Shown here: positions 40,511 through 52,725 of the stretch, piece by piece
Layout: each line of letters begins with the position of its first letter
Position numbering within the stretch: position 1 is the first letter of the stretch
Source: the human T2T-CHM13v2.0 reference genome, Homo sapiens
Direction: 5' to 3' (one strand)
DNA: 64,000 nt
NCBI RefSeq assembly: GCF_009914755.1
Contig: NC_060944.1
Notes under the pieces: model-generated
Databases searched by the model: none
Told to the model about the DNA's origin: nothing
The model's input: only the letters and a program-made list of their open reading frames with translations
Position numbers and translations under genes: made by a program

Positions 40511-40734
40511 AAAGTTATTTCTCTGCTTGATAGACCAGACTCCCCAGCAGCCTTTGACAGTGTTTTGGAGAAAAGAAAATTAGAATGAATTAAATGTTCC
40601 TGCAGCTGGAACCACCACCAAGAGTAAAATAACTCACCTCTGGGAGTTGGGTGTGTGGCTGGTAGCCAAACACATCAGCCTTGGGTTCAAATCCTAGCTC
40701 CATCACTTACAATGTGACTTTAGGTCAGTAGTTC

Positions 40735-40950
40735 CCAGCGAGGGCCAATTCTGTACCCAAGAGATGTTGGGCAATGTCTGGGGGCATTTTTGGTTATCAC
40801 AGCTTGGGTGGAAGGGCAAAGTACTACTGGCGTCTATTAGTTAGAGACCAGAAATGCTGCTAAACATCCTGCAATACACAGGTCAGCCCACCCCAGCAAA
40901 GAATTATCCCACCCAAATGTCATTGGTAATGAAGTTGAGAAACCCTGGTT
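40735..40950. mobile_element. MER20 inside a MIR
   Basis: ggcaatgtctgg..catttttggtt...tgctgctaaacatcctgcaat...gttgagaaaccctg. Confidence 0.8.
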
Positions 40951-41048
40951 AGGGTATATCCCTTAATCTCCCTATACCTCAGTTCTTTAATGATAAAATG
41001 GAAGTAACCATTCTAGGATTGTTAAGAGGATTAAAGAGTTAATCTACT

Positions 41049-41346
41049 GCCAGGTGTGGTGACTCACGCCTGTAATCCCAGCACTTTGGGAAGCCGAGGT
41101 GGGCAGATCACCTGAGGTCGGGAGTTTGAGACCAGCCTGACCAACATGGAGAAACCCCGTCTCCACTAAAAATACAAAATTAGCCAGGCATGGTGGCGCA
41201 TGCCTGTAATCCCAGCTACTCAGGAGGCTGAGGCAGGAGAATTGCTTGAACCCAGGAGGTGGAGGTTACGGTGAGCTGAGATAGCACCATTGCACACCAC
41301 TCCAGCCTGGGCAACAAGAGCAAAATTTCGTCTCAAAAAAAAAAAA
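41049..41346 (+). mobile_element. AluSp
   Basis: ggtcgggagtttgagaccagcctgaccaacatggagaaaccc diagnostics. Confidence 0.9.
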
Positions 41347-41364
41347 GAGTTAACTTATTAAAAG

Positions 41365-41995
<631 letters not shown>

Positions 41996-42019
41996 ATATA
42001 AAGACTTCAACAGAGCTGG

Positions 42020-42157
42020 GTAGTCCCAGCTCTTGAGAGGCTGAGGTGGGAGGATTGCTTGATCTAGGGAGGTCAAGGCTGCAGTGAACCGTGATCATGC
42101 CACTGCACTCCATCTTGGGTGACAGAGCAAGACGCCATCTCAAAAAAAAAAAAAAAA
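42020..42157 (+). mobile_element. Alu right-arm fragment with A tail
   Basis: gtagtcccagc...gccactgcactcc...aaaa. Confidence 0.88.
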
Positions 42158-42299
42158 GACAGAAAGAATTTAACAGGAAGCTGAGTACTAGCAAATGTTC
42201 AGTAAATATGGGTTACCATAGAGAAAGAAGAAAACAGAGCATAGGGAATGATTCTGACACTCAGAGCCAGGTCACTTCATTCTCCATCATCTTGTCTAA

Positions 42300-42580
42300 G
42301 GGCAAGGTGGCTGTGTCACCCTCAAAATCCCAACATCCCCCTCTCTTGCTAAATGAGTGACTGCTCCTTCCTTACCCAGCTCAGAATTGCCTCTGGTCTC
42401 TCTCAGTGCCCAGCCTCCAGTCCAGATCCTGTCCTGGGTTCCTTTTAACACCCCCTTCCTGAAATAATCAGGGTAGCTCATGGCATGTGTGCCCCGCCCC
42501 CTCACTGCTGTAGTAAATGATAACTCAGCTTGTTTCATTACTAGTGTATTCCTGGGGTCTTTGGTGAAGGCCATTGACAC
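42300..42580 (+). mobile_element. Old LTR 3' fragment (family uncertain)
   Basis: agtaaa signal then ggtctttggtgaaggccattgaca terminus. Confidence 0.4.
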
Positions 42581-44707
42581 TCTTCAAGGAACCCAAGCAA
42601 GACACAAAAAAAGTTTGATTTTTTTTCTTTTTTACATGGGATTTTCCTTCACATGGAAGTCAGGCCACATACACAGCCATGTGGACATTCCTTGTCTCGC
42701 CCCGTGGTTTGGGGAAGTCCCTTCCACACCACGGGCCGCTCTCGTGGTACACCGTTGGTACCATGAGGGAACAGGATTCCATGGTGGCTGGCTGTGTCAT
42801 TTTTCCTGTGCCTGGAGCTGGCCCTGTTGACCCCCTGCAGGGGCCTGAAGATGAAAGTTGAATCAGCTGCCCTGGGCCATAGGGATGAGGGCCCCTGAGC
42901 ACGAGTGCTGGGAACAGGTCCACAAGCCATGCACGAGGCCAGGGTCCAGGGCACTGAAGTAGGAAGCGAGGGACTATTAATAGCACACTAAGGTTGGGGG
43001 CAAAGTTGCTCCCCAGGGGATGGCCAGACAGTAAGAACTCTGACTTGGTGACCCCCAGTCCCCACCATCGCTAGCTCGCTCTACCCTCTTCCCACCTGGG
43101 TGCTGTGCAGGTGATTCCTTTATGCAGCCAGGGTGGACAGCAACTTGTCTGAGGTTACAGATAGGGAAACTGAGCTCACCAGTTTGCCACAGCCCTCGCC
43201 TGGCCCCGTTTGCTCTGCATCTGAGTTGAAGAGCCCTGATAAGAGATTGTATGTGCTATAAATAAGGCAGTGAAGGGTATTCGTACACACAGAACTCTAA
43301 ACAGTAATTAGCTTTATCATATAAGATCAGGAAGGAGGGAGTTTTGCTTTTTCCTTATGGAGATTAGTAATGTAAGAAAAGTTAATATCAGGCATTATTT
43401 TCTGATGATGATGATGATAAAGTCATGAAGATGAAACTGGAAAACCTGGTGCTGAGCAGAGCTCTTAGGCATTTACACAGGATCCACCCCTGTGCTTCCT
43501 GTGACCTCAGTGGCCCAAGAGACCACATGGAAACAGGCCAGTGGAGCAAAGTCCCCAGAGAGACTTCTCTGGGTCCAGAAATTGCCAGTTGATTAGAAGC
43601 TTGATGCTTCTGTAGGGTCTTATTCACATCATACAAATCCTTGAGTTTGTGTCAGGCCAGGGGATGGAGAACTTTCACATTTATAATCTTACAGCTGTCT
43701 CCAAGCAGCCTTACAGAGCTATGCAAAGTTTATTACCTTCCTCTTCACAACTGGGGAAACTGAGGCCTAGAGAGGTGGGCTAAATTGGGATCAAGAGGAC
43801 CCAATGGGTCAGTGGCAGAGTCAGGATTATACCCAGAACTTTGGATCTCCCATCCCCTGAACCTCGGTCCATCTCCAAGGCACCCACCTGTCACTTTAGC
43901 AGGTCTGACGTGAAACTGATAACTCTAGTCTAGCCTCCCTGGTATGACTAAGATGTTCTTAAAATTTGACACGAAGAGGGCCCTCAGGAAAGAGTTCTTG
44001 TGTCAAATTAGGTAAACGGCAATCCAGGGAAGGTCAAAAGCCCCCAAGTTAAGCAGGTTTATATCCATTTACTCACTTAGCACTCATGTCAGCCTAAGTA
44101 GTAAGGATTATTATCCCTGTTTTAGGTTTGAGGAAACTGAGACATAGAACAGTTAGTTCAATGGTCTATTTGTGTATTCATTAATTCCACACATTTATTG
44201 AACATCTACTATGTACCAACAGTGTCTTAGGTGCACAAGACTGCACCAGTGAAGATTCACAACAATGAGAAAGACTGATAGGCCCTTCACGGAGCTTGGA
44301 ACCTGTGGAGGAGACAGATTATAAACCAGGAAGCAAATCAATCCCACTCAAGTAGGAGGGGAAACACCAAGGTGGAACGAGGTAGGAGGTCTTATTACCT
44401 GTGCCTCCAATGCCTGGAAGTCTCATAGGTAGTTTTTAATACAACTGCCATATATTAACCACTTCCTATGTACCTGGCTCTCGTTTCTCACGTAAGAGGC
44501 AGTGTCCTTGTTTTATAGATGAGGAAAGTTGCAGAAGGTTGGTTAGCATATGGATGAGCACCACGCTTCACTCAACATTAAAGACCCTTGTGTTGTGAAG
44601 GGTGGCATCCTGGGCCTTCCTATAAAATAAAGATGTAGATGGCAAGTTAGCTTTCTATGGACAGAGAAAAGGAGGGGAAAGAGTTTAGATTCAAAAGCCA
44701 GGTGGAA

Positions 44708-44870
44708 GGCCAGATATGGTGGCTCACGCCTGTAAGCCCAGTGCTTTGGGAGGCCGAGGCTAGAGGATCACTTGAGCCTGGGAGTTTGAGGCTGCAGCGA
44801 GCTGAATGCACCACTGCACTCCAGCCTAGGAGACAGAGGAAGACCCTGTCTCTAAAAAACAAAAACAAAA
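44708..44870 (+). mobile_element. Monomeric Alu (FAM/FRAM-like) with TSD
   Basis: Single monomer; aaaagccaggtgg / aaaatccaggtgg flanks. Confidence 0.85.
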
Positions 44871-45556
44871 TCCAGGTGGGCCCCTTACTGGCCAAGGAAC
44901 ATTGGGCCTATCATGGCTGTGAGCTTCAGTTTCCTCATCTGTAAAACAGGCATGCTAATAGTGCCTCCCCACAGGGCTGTGGTGGAGGACCTAATGAGAG
45001 CGTGCATGCAGGGGGACATTGGCGAAGCCATCACTCACATGGCCCCTGGGTCCCCCAGGAAGTGCAGGGCACAGAACTGAGTAAAGGAACTGGAGAAAGG
45101 CAACAGCGCTGCCCTCCAAGTCTGAGGACCTCTGGAGTCTTATCCAGATAGCCCCACCCTGCCCTAGGTTCTGCCTCCTCTGTACCAGGCACCATGGCAA
45201 GGTGCTTATAAGCACAGATTCTGGATTCTGACAGAGCTCAGCAAATCATCGTGTTACTTTGGGCAAATCATTTTGCTTCTCTGAGCCTCAGTTTCCTCAT
45301 CTATAAAATGGGCATCATTACCTCCTAGTACAATTATGAAGATCAGATGAGCTAATGAGTATAAAAAAATTAGCATGGTATCTGCATGTGGTGGTTACTC
45401 AGAAAATGGGAGCTCAGCTCACATGATGATTATGGTTGCTGCTGGTGCTACAGATGTCCTTCATGAACCTATAGCTCCTAGGAACTTCCTTGTGCCTCTC
45501 CTAGCCCACTGGCAGAATCTCTACTCCCTCCACCCCTGTCCTCGCCTCCTGCCACC

Positions 45557-45644
45557 TGGTCAAAGCTCAGAACTGGATGAAAGGGAATAGCTCTCTTTGT
45601 ACTGGAATTAGCCTTGTTTTAGGTCTTAGAAGCTGATCATTAAC
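45557..45644. promoter_or_regulatory. Candidate HNF4 DR1 + HNF1 motif pair
   Basis: TGGTCA-A-AGCTCA at 45557-45569; GTTAATGATCAGC (minus) at 45632-45644. Confidence 0.35.
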
Positions 45645-46283
45645 CAATTCCTGCTCCTCCCTGATCCCATGGCCTGTAAAGGTAGGTATCTATCCCAACC
45701 CCCAGGATCCCCTCCCTCTTGACATCCTGCAGCATAGGAAAAGGCTCTGGACTTCAATGCATGGCCACCACTGTGTGTGGCCTTGGGCAAGTCCCTTCCC
45801 CTTCCTGAGTCTCAGATTTTTCATTCTCACAATGAGGGACTTGGCTTTCAATCATTTGCTTGACCACTTTGGAAAAAGTCTCATGTGGGAGGCAGAATAA
45901 TGGAGCCTGAGAATGTAGGCTCTGAAGTCAGCCAGCCCGGATTCAAAATACCAGAGCCACAGTTTGGAAACTGCGTAACGGGGGGTGGGAGGACTCTTTT
46001 TAATTCCTTCCTCAATTTCCATTTCTGTAAATGAGGTCGATGCTTGCTCCGTCTCATTCAGATATGAGGTCCACCTAAGAGTCCGCGCATAAACTAAGTG
46101 CACAGTAAACATTGGTTATTATTGCTTAGAGGCCCAGTGTACAAAATGAATAAAGTGAGTCTAACTAGGGTTGAAATGGGGAAAAGGGCAGAGTCCCAGG
46201 TGCTTGCTGCCACCCCAGGGTGACCATCAGGCAGTTCTCTTAAGGGAAACAGTTTGAAAATCAAGAAAGCCAATATTGTACAG

Positions 46284-46612
46284 CAGGGGTCAGTGACCTA
46301 CAATATGCAGCCCCAATCCAGCCCACCGCCTGTTTTTGTGTGGCCTGCCAACTAGGAATGGCTTCTACATTTTCAAATGGTTGAAAAACATCTATGGAAG
46401 AATATTTCCTGATACAAAAATTATATGAAATTTTAATTTCAGCACCCATAAATACAATTTTTTTGTCACATTGCCACGCCGGCTTGTTTGTTTTATCTGT
46501 GGCTGCTTTCTCACTGCAAGGGCAGCGTTGAGTAGTTGCAACAGAGTGGCCCACAAAGCCTGCAGTATTTACTATTTGGTCATTTATAGACAAAGTTTGT
46601 TAATCCATGCTA
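46284..46612. mobile_element. MER58-like hAT MITE
   Basis: caggggtcag...ccagcccaccgcctgtttttgt...tggcccacaaagcc. Confidence 0.7.
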
Positions 46613-47599
46613 TAAAGCTTCTCTTCCCTTCCTCGTGGAAGACTCTGCCGTTGCGTAGAGCTGACTCTGCCACTTTGCCAATGCTATGATCCTCAACACA
46701 TCATCTCACCTCTCCAAACTTCATCTGTAAAGTACATATAATCATTTCTAGTGTTAAGGGTTGCTGTGAAAATAAAATAAGCAGGACCCCTTAGTGTATG
46801 ACGGGGAAATACTCATGTGACTGTCAGTGAGATTAACTTAGATGGTACACGGATCAACATTTAAGTTTTAACAGATACGTATTTAATTTAATTCATATTT
46901 TAAAAACTAGAACTAGCACACAAAACCTATGGTTTCATGGATAATGCTTGTTGTGTTCACTGAGGTAAATGATCCAAAGCCACAGGGGCAGATCTGCCAT
47001 CTATCTCTCAAGATGTGGCTCCTGTCTTTGGGTCCCAGGTGCCATCATATTCACATTCCACCCGGCAGGAAGGACAGAACCCGGAAGTTGCACACATCAT
47101 TTCCACTCATATTCCATTGACCAGACTCAGTTATCTGACCAAGTCTTATCACAAGGGGAGCTTGAAGTTTCAGCCTTTCCTCAGAGAGGAAAGTATTGGG
47201 TTCTATTCCTAAAAGAACAAAGGAAGAATCAATGCCGGGGTTAAACTAGCCATTTCTGCCCACATATGTATCAATTCAAATCTTCCTTTTAAAATACAGT
47301 TATGTAAATTAAAAGTAAGACATTTTAAAGTGACATGATGTGGCAGCCACTTTGCAACCATAAGACCAGGGGAACCAGAGTTGCCAATGAAAAATCATGA
47401 CGTCATTGTGCCTCTGAATTGATCCTGGACTTCTTTAACTTCACTGTGTAATTTGGGAAAATCATTTCCCTCTTGGAGACTGTATGTAGTCACCTAAAAA
47501 TACAATGGCTGTGTATGTTTTGTTTTATTAAGAACATAATTTCAGAGGATTGAGGGAATCAAATCCCTCCGTTCATAATACGTTATCACTATTTACTTC

Positions 47600-48290
47600 A
47601 CAAAGCCTCTCTTTCCTATAATTGATTGGGTCTTTTTAGTCCTTTCTCTCCCCATTTCCCACTCTCACCCTTTCCATAGCAACCATTCTGATATGTTTAA
47701 TGTGTAGCTTTTCATCATACATTGCTTACAAAATCTTTTGTCGTTCATGTGTATTTTCAGCTTACATATTGAGGTTGTATTCTAGATCTCATTCTGGTTT
47801 TTACCTCCAATCATAACTGCTCTATGAGATCCATTTATAGAAGTATATGGTTCACTAATTCTTCTCTCTTTTAAAAGGAGCATAATGCTCAATGGCATGT
47901 ATCCACCATATTTGCCTTTGCCTGTACTAGCAATAAAGTGCATGTAGCCACCAACTTCCCACACCACAGAGAGCGCTACAGTGAATATCACTATGTGCGT
48001 TCCCTCCTGGACCTATAGGAGAATTCCTTTGGTGTCTGGGAGCAAAACTGCTGGGTTACAGAGTATAAACACATTTAATGTGATTAAATCCTTGCACAAG
48101 ATCCTTAAGAAACTCTAACCCAGTCCACACTCTTTCTAGCAGTACACGAAAGTTCCTGTGGCCCCTATTCCTGTCAACATGGGGATTCATCAGCTTCCTT
48201 ATTTCTGCCTGTCTCATTGATTAAAATGTTATTGTTTCAATTTGCATTTCTCTGAGTACTGGTGATGCTGAGCATCTCTTTGAATGCTGT
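47600..48290 (-). mobile_element. Old L1 (L1M) 3' fragment
   Basis: aatttgcatttctctga..gctgagcatct; ctgctgggttacagag. Confidence 0.65.
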
Positions 48291-48596
48291 AAAACAAGGT
48301 TTAATTATAGTACTTACTTCATAGAGCTGTTTTGAGAGTTAAGGAAGATAATGTATGTAAAGAGTTCAACTCACTGCTCACTATACAGTATGTGCTTAAT
48401 AAATGCAAATTTTAAACAACCAAGGTACCATGATTTCTTATCTAATTATCAGTCATTGTCATAACTAAAACACCTGACGCATAGTAGGTGCTCAATAAGT
48501 GTGCATGCCCTTGGCCTTCCCTAACATCCTTTGGACATCCCATTCCCACTTCCAAATCCTGGTGGATTTGGCCCCAATCCCTTAGCACAGCCTCAC

Positions 48597-48760
48597 CTGT
48601 GTTCTCTTCACTCTCCTGGCTGGGGTCCTTTCGAACCTCCTTCTGGCCAAAGAGACTTTTCAGGATGGCATTGGCAATGGGAAGCATCATGGCAGTGGAG
48701 GCGGTGTTGCTCAGCCACATGGACAAGAACGAGGTGGTCACCATCATCCCCAGGATGAGC
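48597..48760 (-). CDS. SLC13A3: SLC13A3 exon 3 (164 bp; LILGMMVTTSFLSMWLSNTAST...SEENT), first SNT motif
   Basis: SLC13/DASS signature MWLSNTAS; ctgcAG|G acceptor, G|GTGAGG donor; phase continues from exon 2. Confidence 0.97.
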
Positions 48761-50209
48761 CTGCAGAGCAGATGGCATTAGAGGCAAATCCAGAACCCAG
48801 GGCCCAGGAGATCCTCTGGTCCCAGTTTGCCATCCCTGAGGAATACAATCCATCCATTTTACAGATGGAAACTTGAGACTCAAAGCAGAAACCAAATCCA
48901 CTCACCAGGTTTATTTTAGATCTAAGAAAACTGTGGTTCAGTGTGTTTAAGTGAACTGTCCATAGGTACCCAGGTTATAAAGACATCCCAAGCCTGACGT
49001 TTTCTCTTTCTTGCCCTCAAATCCTCAATGATACCCATTTCAGAATAAAGTTGCCGGGGCACCAAGACACTCCACTATCTTTCCCTCATGGCCTTCTCAG
49101 CTTCCTCCCTCTTTTCCCCTCCTCTTACCAGCTACTCCCTGCTGCGACTCTGCTGAACTTCTCACCCGCACCCAACACCTTTACTCCCCTGCCTCCCTGC
49201 CTTTGCTTGGTCCATTCCCACCAACAGAATCTAAGTATCAGGATTTTTTCTCTTTATATTGAACTCTCAATCCACCTGGAATTTACTTAGATGCATAGTA
49301 CAAAGTAAGATGTAAATTTTTTAATAGAAGAAACCAATTATCCCAACTCTCACCATTTATTGGAAAATCCTTCCTTCGGATTTGGGTTTCCTATAGATTT
49401 ATTCTGTTTCAAAAATCTGTTTCCAGACTTGTGTCTTACTGTTTTAATTATTGTAATTTTAGAATATGTTTAAGAGCAGCCCTACTCATTATTCAAAGTC
49501 AAGCTCAAATGTGACCTCCTCCAGGAAGTTTCCCCCTATCTCCCTACCTCTCATGTGGGCTCTCACACCATGATGTGCCCCTTGGAGATCAAATTCCACT
49601 TGGCATTGGAATTAGTTCCATAGATGGAGTCTGTCCCACAGGACTGGCAGCTCCTCCAGGAGGAGGCGCAGCTACAGAGCCTAGCAGAGCAGATGGCACA
49701 GAGATAATGCTAGAAACCTAGGAGTCATCCAGAACCTTCTTTTCCTACGCCCTCCCCTGTGTCAATTTTATCACCCAAATTACTCTCAAATCTATCCAAT
49801 CTGTTCATCTCCACTGCCACTTCCTAGTCCAAGCTGCTACTGTCTCTTGTCGGGACACTCTAAATGGCCTTCTAACTGGGATGTATCAGCTTCTCATGCC
49901 CGTACCCTCCTGTCTGACCTCTACAAGGCAGCTAAGACGAATCTTTAAAAAATGCAAATCTGAAGGAAATGAGACGTATTTGAAATAAAATGCAAATCTG
50001 GCCATGTCATTCCTCAGCTTAGAACCCTTTAAAGCACAGATTTATAAGTCTATGGATATAATTCAGAACTGGATTGGGAGAAAATGTGTATCCTCATTTT
50101 GCTAACATCTAATCAAATTAAGCATTTCCTTCAGGGATAAACAGGCAACAAAGTTGAGGTGTATGAGCAGTGCCTGAGGCTCTGTCACCCAAAAAAAAAT
50201 CCCTGACAT

Positions 50210-50590
50210 TTTCTCTTTCTTTCTTTTTTTTCTTTCTGTCTTTTCTTTTCTTTCTTTCTCTCTTTCTCTCTCTCTTTGCTTTTTTTTTTTTTTTTTTTTT
50301 TTTGAGACAGGGTCTCACTGTTACTGAGGTTGGAGTACAGTGAGTGGCGTGATCTTGGCTCACTGCAACATCCGCCTCCTGGGTTCAAGCGATCCGCCCA
50401 CCTCAGCTTTCTGAGTAGCTGGGATCACAGGCATGCGCCACCACGCCCAGTGAATTTTTTGTATTTTTGGTAGAGACAGGGGTTTTACCATGTTAGCCAG
50501 GCTGGTCTTGAACTCCTGGCCTCAAGCAATCCACCTGCCTCAGCCTCCCAAAGTGCTGGGATTACAGGCTGGGATTACACTGCGCCCGGC
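50210..50590 (-). mobile_element. AluS with long (CTTT)/T tail
   Basis: Reverse dimer; flanks atccctgacatttt / atccctgatatttt. Confidence 0.9.
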
Positions 50591-51456
50591 AAGATCCCTG
50601 ATATTTTTATATGACATTATAATCACTGCAGACATCTTGAAATATCATCGACACTCAAAACTGCTCAACATTATGGGTGTGATTAGGCCTATCACTCGGT
50701 CTTGCCGTTTGCGGTGTTAATAAAACAGTACCTACCTGTACCAGGGCACAGGTGTCTGTGTTCAAAAAAAAAAAATTAGATAATTGCATTTTGCTGTAGC
50801 TGTTGTTTCAAACTCTGTTGTGCATTATGCATTTAAAAACATTATTCTGGGAAGATCCTTAAGATTCACCAAATTGCCAAAAGGGTTTATGGAACAAAAA
50901 ATAAGATGAAAATAAAACCCCTATTTTAAAGGCCACCCAATTCTCTAAGAATAAAAGTCCAAATCCTAGCCAGAGTGCCCGAGGCTCTTTAGGATTGTAA
51001 CCCTGCCTCCCTTTCCCTTCAAGCCCATCTTCCCACATCCTCTGCATCCCCCCACCTTCAACTCCCACCTGATCTTCATCATCTAGGCAGGTAAATAGCA
51101 AACAAGAATGCTAACAGCCAGCATTGCCTGCTCAGGTCCAGGGGATTTGCCTGCATTTGCTCATCTAATCCTCACTAAACTCTATGAGGTGGGTGCCACT
51201 ACATCACTATTTCACAGGCAGACAGAGGTTAAGTTATTTTTCAGAGCAGGTCACCTGGGATTCAGCCCTGAGCAGTCAGGGTCAAACTGTCAGTGTGGCC
51301 CCCTCCAAAACTATGGGACTGGAATCCCTGGGGGTGGGGCCTGGGGGTCAGCAGCTCATGTTCCCAGGTGATTCTTCTGCACCTTTGAGAACAGCTGCCC
51401 ATGATGGGCCTAGTGCTGTGTCTAGCATGCAGCAGGTGCTTGCTAAATAGTTGAGA

Positions 51457-51458
51457 AA

Positions 51459-51501
<43 letters not shown>

Positions 51502-51502
51502 A
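51457..51502. repeat. (AAAT)n microsatellite, ~11 copies
   Basis: Direct reading. Confidence 0.95.
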
Positions 51503-51622
51503 TGGTGGGAACCGATGAGTTTCTTGGCCTGGACGAGTAAATCAAGAAGAGCAGGTATAGGCTCCAGAGGTGTGGTCCCTCTGCCTCTCCGCTGTAGGGC
51601 TGGAACCATTACCTGTTCTTAC

Positions 51623-51888
51623 CTGGCCGGCTGGACTCCAACAAGCATCAGGATCTTGAGGGCGATTCGCCGGTGCAGGTTCCACTCCTCAATGGCGCTG
51701 GCCATGATCAGCCCACTGAGGAAGAGGAAGTTGGTGTCGAGGAAGTACTGGGGGCAGACCTTGTTGGAGGGCAAGATGCCCATGAAGGGGAACAGGACGA
51801 TGGGCAGCAGCGCCGTCACTGAGAGCGGCAGGGCCTCCGTGCACCAGTACACCGCCATGAGCAGGATGACAAACAAGCAGCGGCCTTC
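51623..51888 (-). CDS. SLC13A3: SLC13A3 coding exon 2 (266 bp; [10 protein letters not shown]...LVGVQPAR)
   Basis: Translation matches NaDC3 N-terminal TM region ([20 protein letters not shown]); acceptor ctcctgcAG|GAA, donor AG|GTAAGA; branch-like CTGAC at 51916-51920. Confidence 0.97.
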
Positions 51889-51922
51889 CTGCAGGAGGAG
51901 ATGCATGCTCAGAGGGTCAGCG

Positions 51923-52010
51923 GGGCTCGGGGCAGAAGGGGAAGGAGGCCCAGGGCTCAGGGCAGAGGGGGAAGGAGGCCTGGGCTGGGGGCAGAGGGGG
52001 AAGGAGGCCT
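51923..52010. repeat. G-rich 29-30-bp tandem repeat, 3 copies, beside the exon 2 branch point
   Basis: gggct(c/g)(a/g)gggcaga(a/g)ggggaaggaggcc(ca/t) x3. Confidence 0.9.
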
Positions 52011-52184
52011 GCGGCAGGGCCTGCCCCGGCTTGTTCTCAGGGCAGCAGTGGAGCAGGTGTGTGCCTAAGGCGTTGACTTAAAGCAGGTGGCATCACCTTT
52101 CTAAGCCTCATTTTGCTCAATTATAAAATGAGGAAGCTATTTTGGTTCACCTCATAGGACTGTTTGAGAATGAAATGAAATACA

Positions 52185-52725
52185 TTGTTGTCTTAGAGAT
52201 AAAGACGAGAATGAAAATAGTTTACTTGATAGAGGATCCCAGGAGGTTCTGGAAGGACAATGGGGAAATGAAACAGAAGGAAGCCAATCCAGAGAGTGTC
52301 CCATGAGAAGGTTACCACTGTGGACACCTGGATCTCAATTCTGATGGGGACAGGGCAGACCATGCTTCAGTGTATGTCCCATGAGAAGGTTACCACTGTG
52401 GACACCTGAAGCTCAATTCTGATGGGGAACCCTGGGGGACAGGGCATATCATGCCTTAGAGTTGTCTCAACTGGAGGCAAGGAAGTTGGAGCATTTATCT
52501 GCCAACTCCTGGCCATCATTGGTTGAGGGCTGATACTGGGAGCATTAACTTTCAGCACTTCCGGCATCCTTATGTGCAGACTGAGCATGCTCCTGCAGCC
52601 AGGGGAAATACTCCCGCAGTCCATCTCAGAGGCAGTAGGAAGCTACTAGTGTGTGCGGAAATGCTGAGCACCAGTGGGGGTGTGGAGTTGGGACAGGGAG
52701 CAACTGCCACATCCTTACACGGTAC
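52185..52725 (-). mobile_element. LTR33-like ERVL LTR with internal 78-bp tandem duplication
   Basis: gcatttatctgccaactcc..cattggttgagggctg resembles LTR33; duplication read directly. Confidence 0.55.

Noticed and set aside
51889-51909. In-frame intronic ATG (MHLLLQ) and upstream AG before exon 2 as an alternative start
   Set aside because: The AG is only ~8 nt from the predicted branch A, likely too close; no promoter evidence
51515-52081. 188-aa plus-strand ORF
   Set aside because: Antisense to exon 2 and the G-rich tandem repeat
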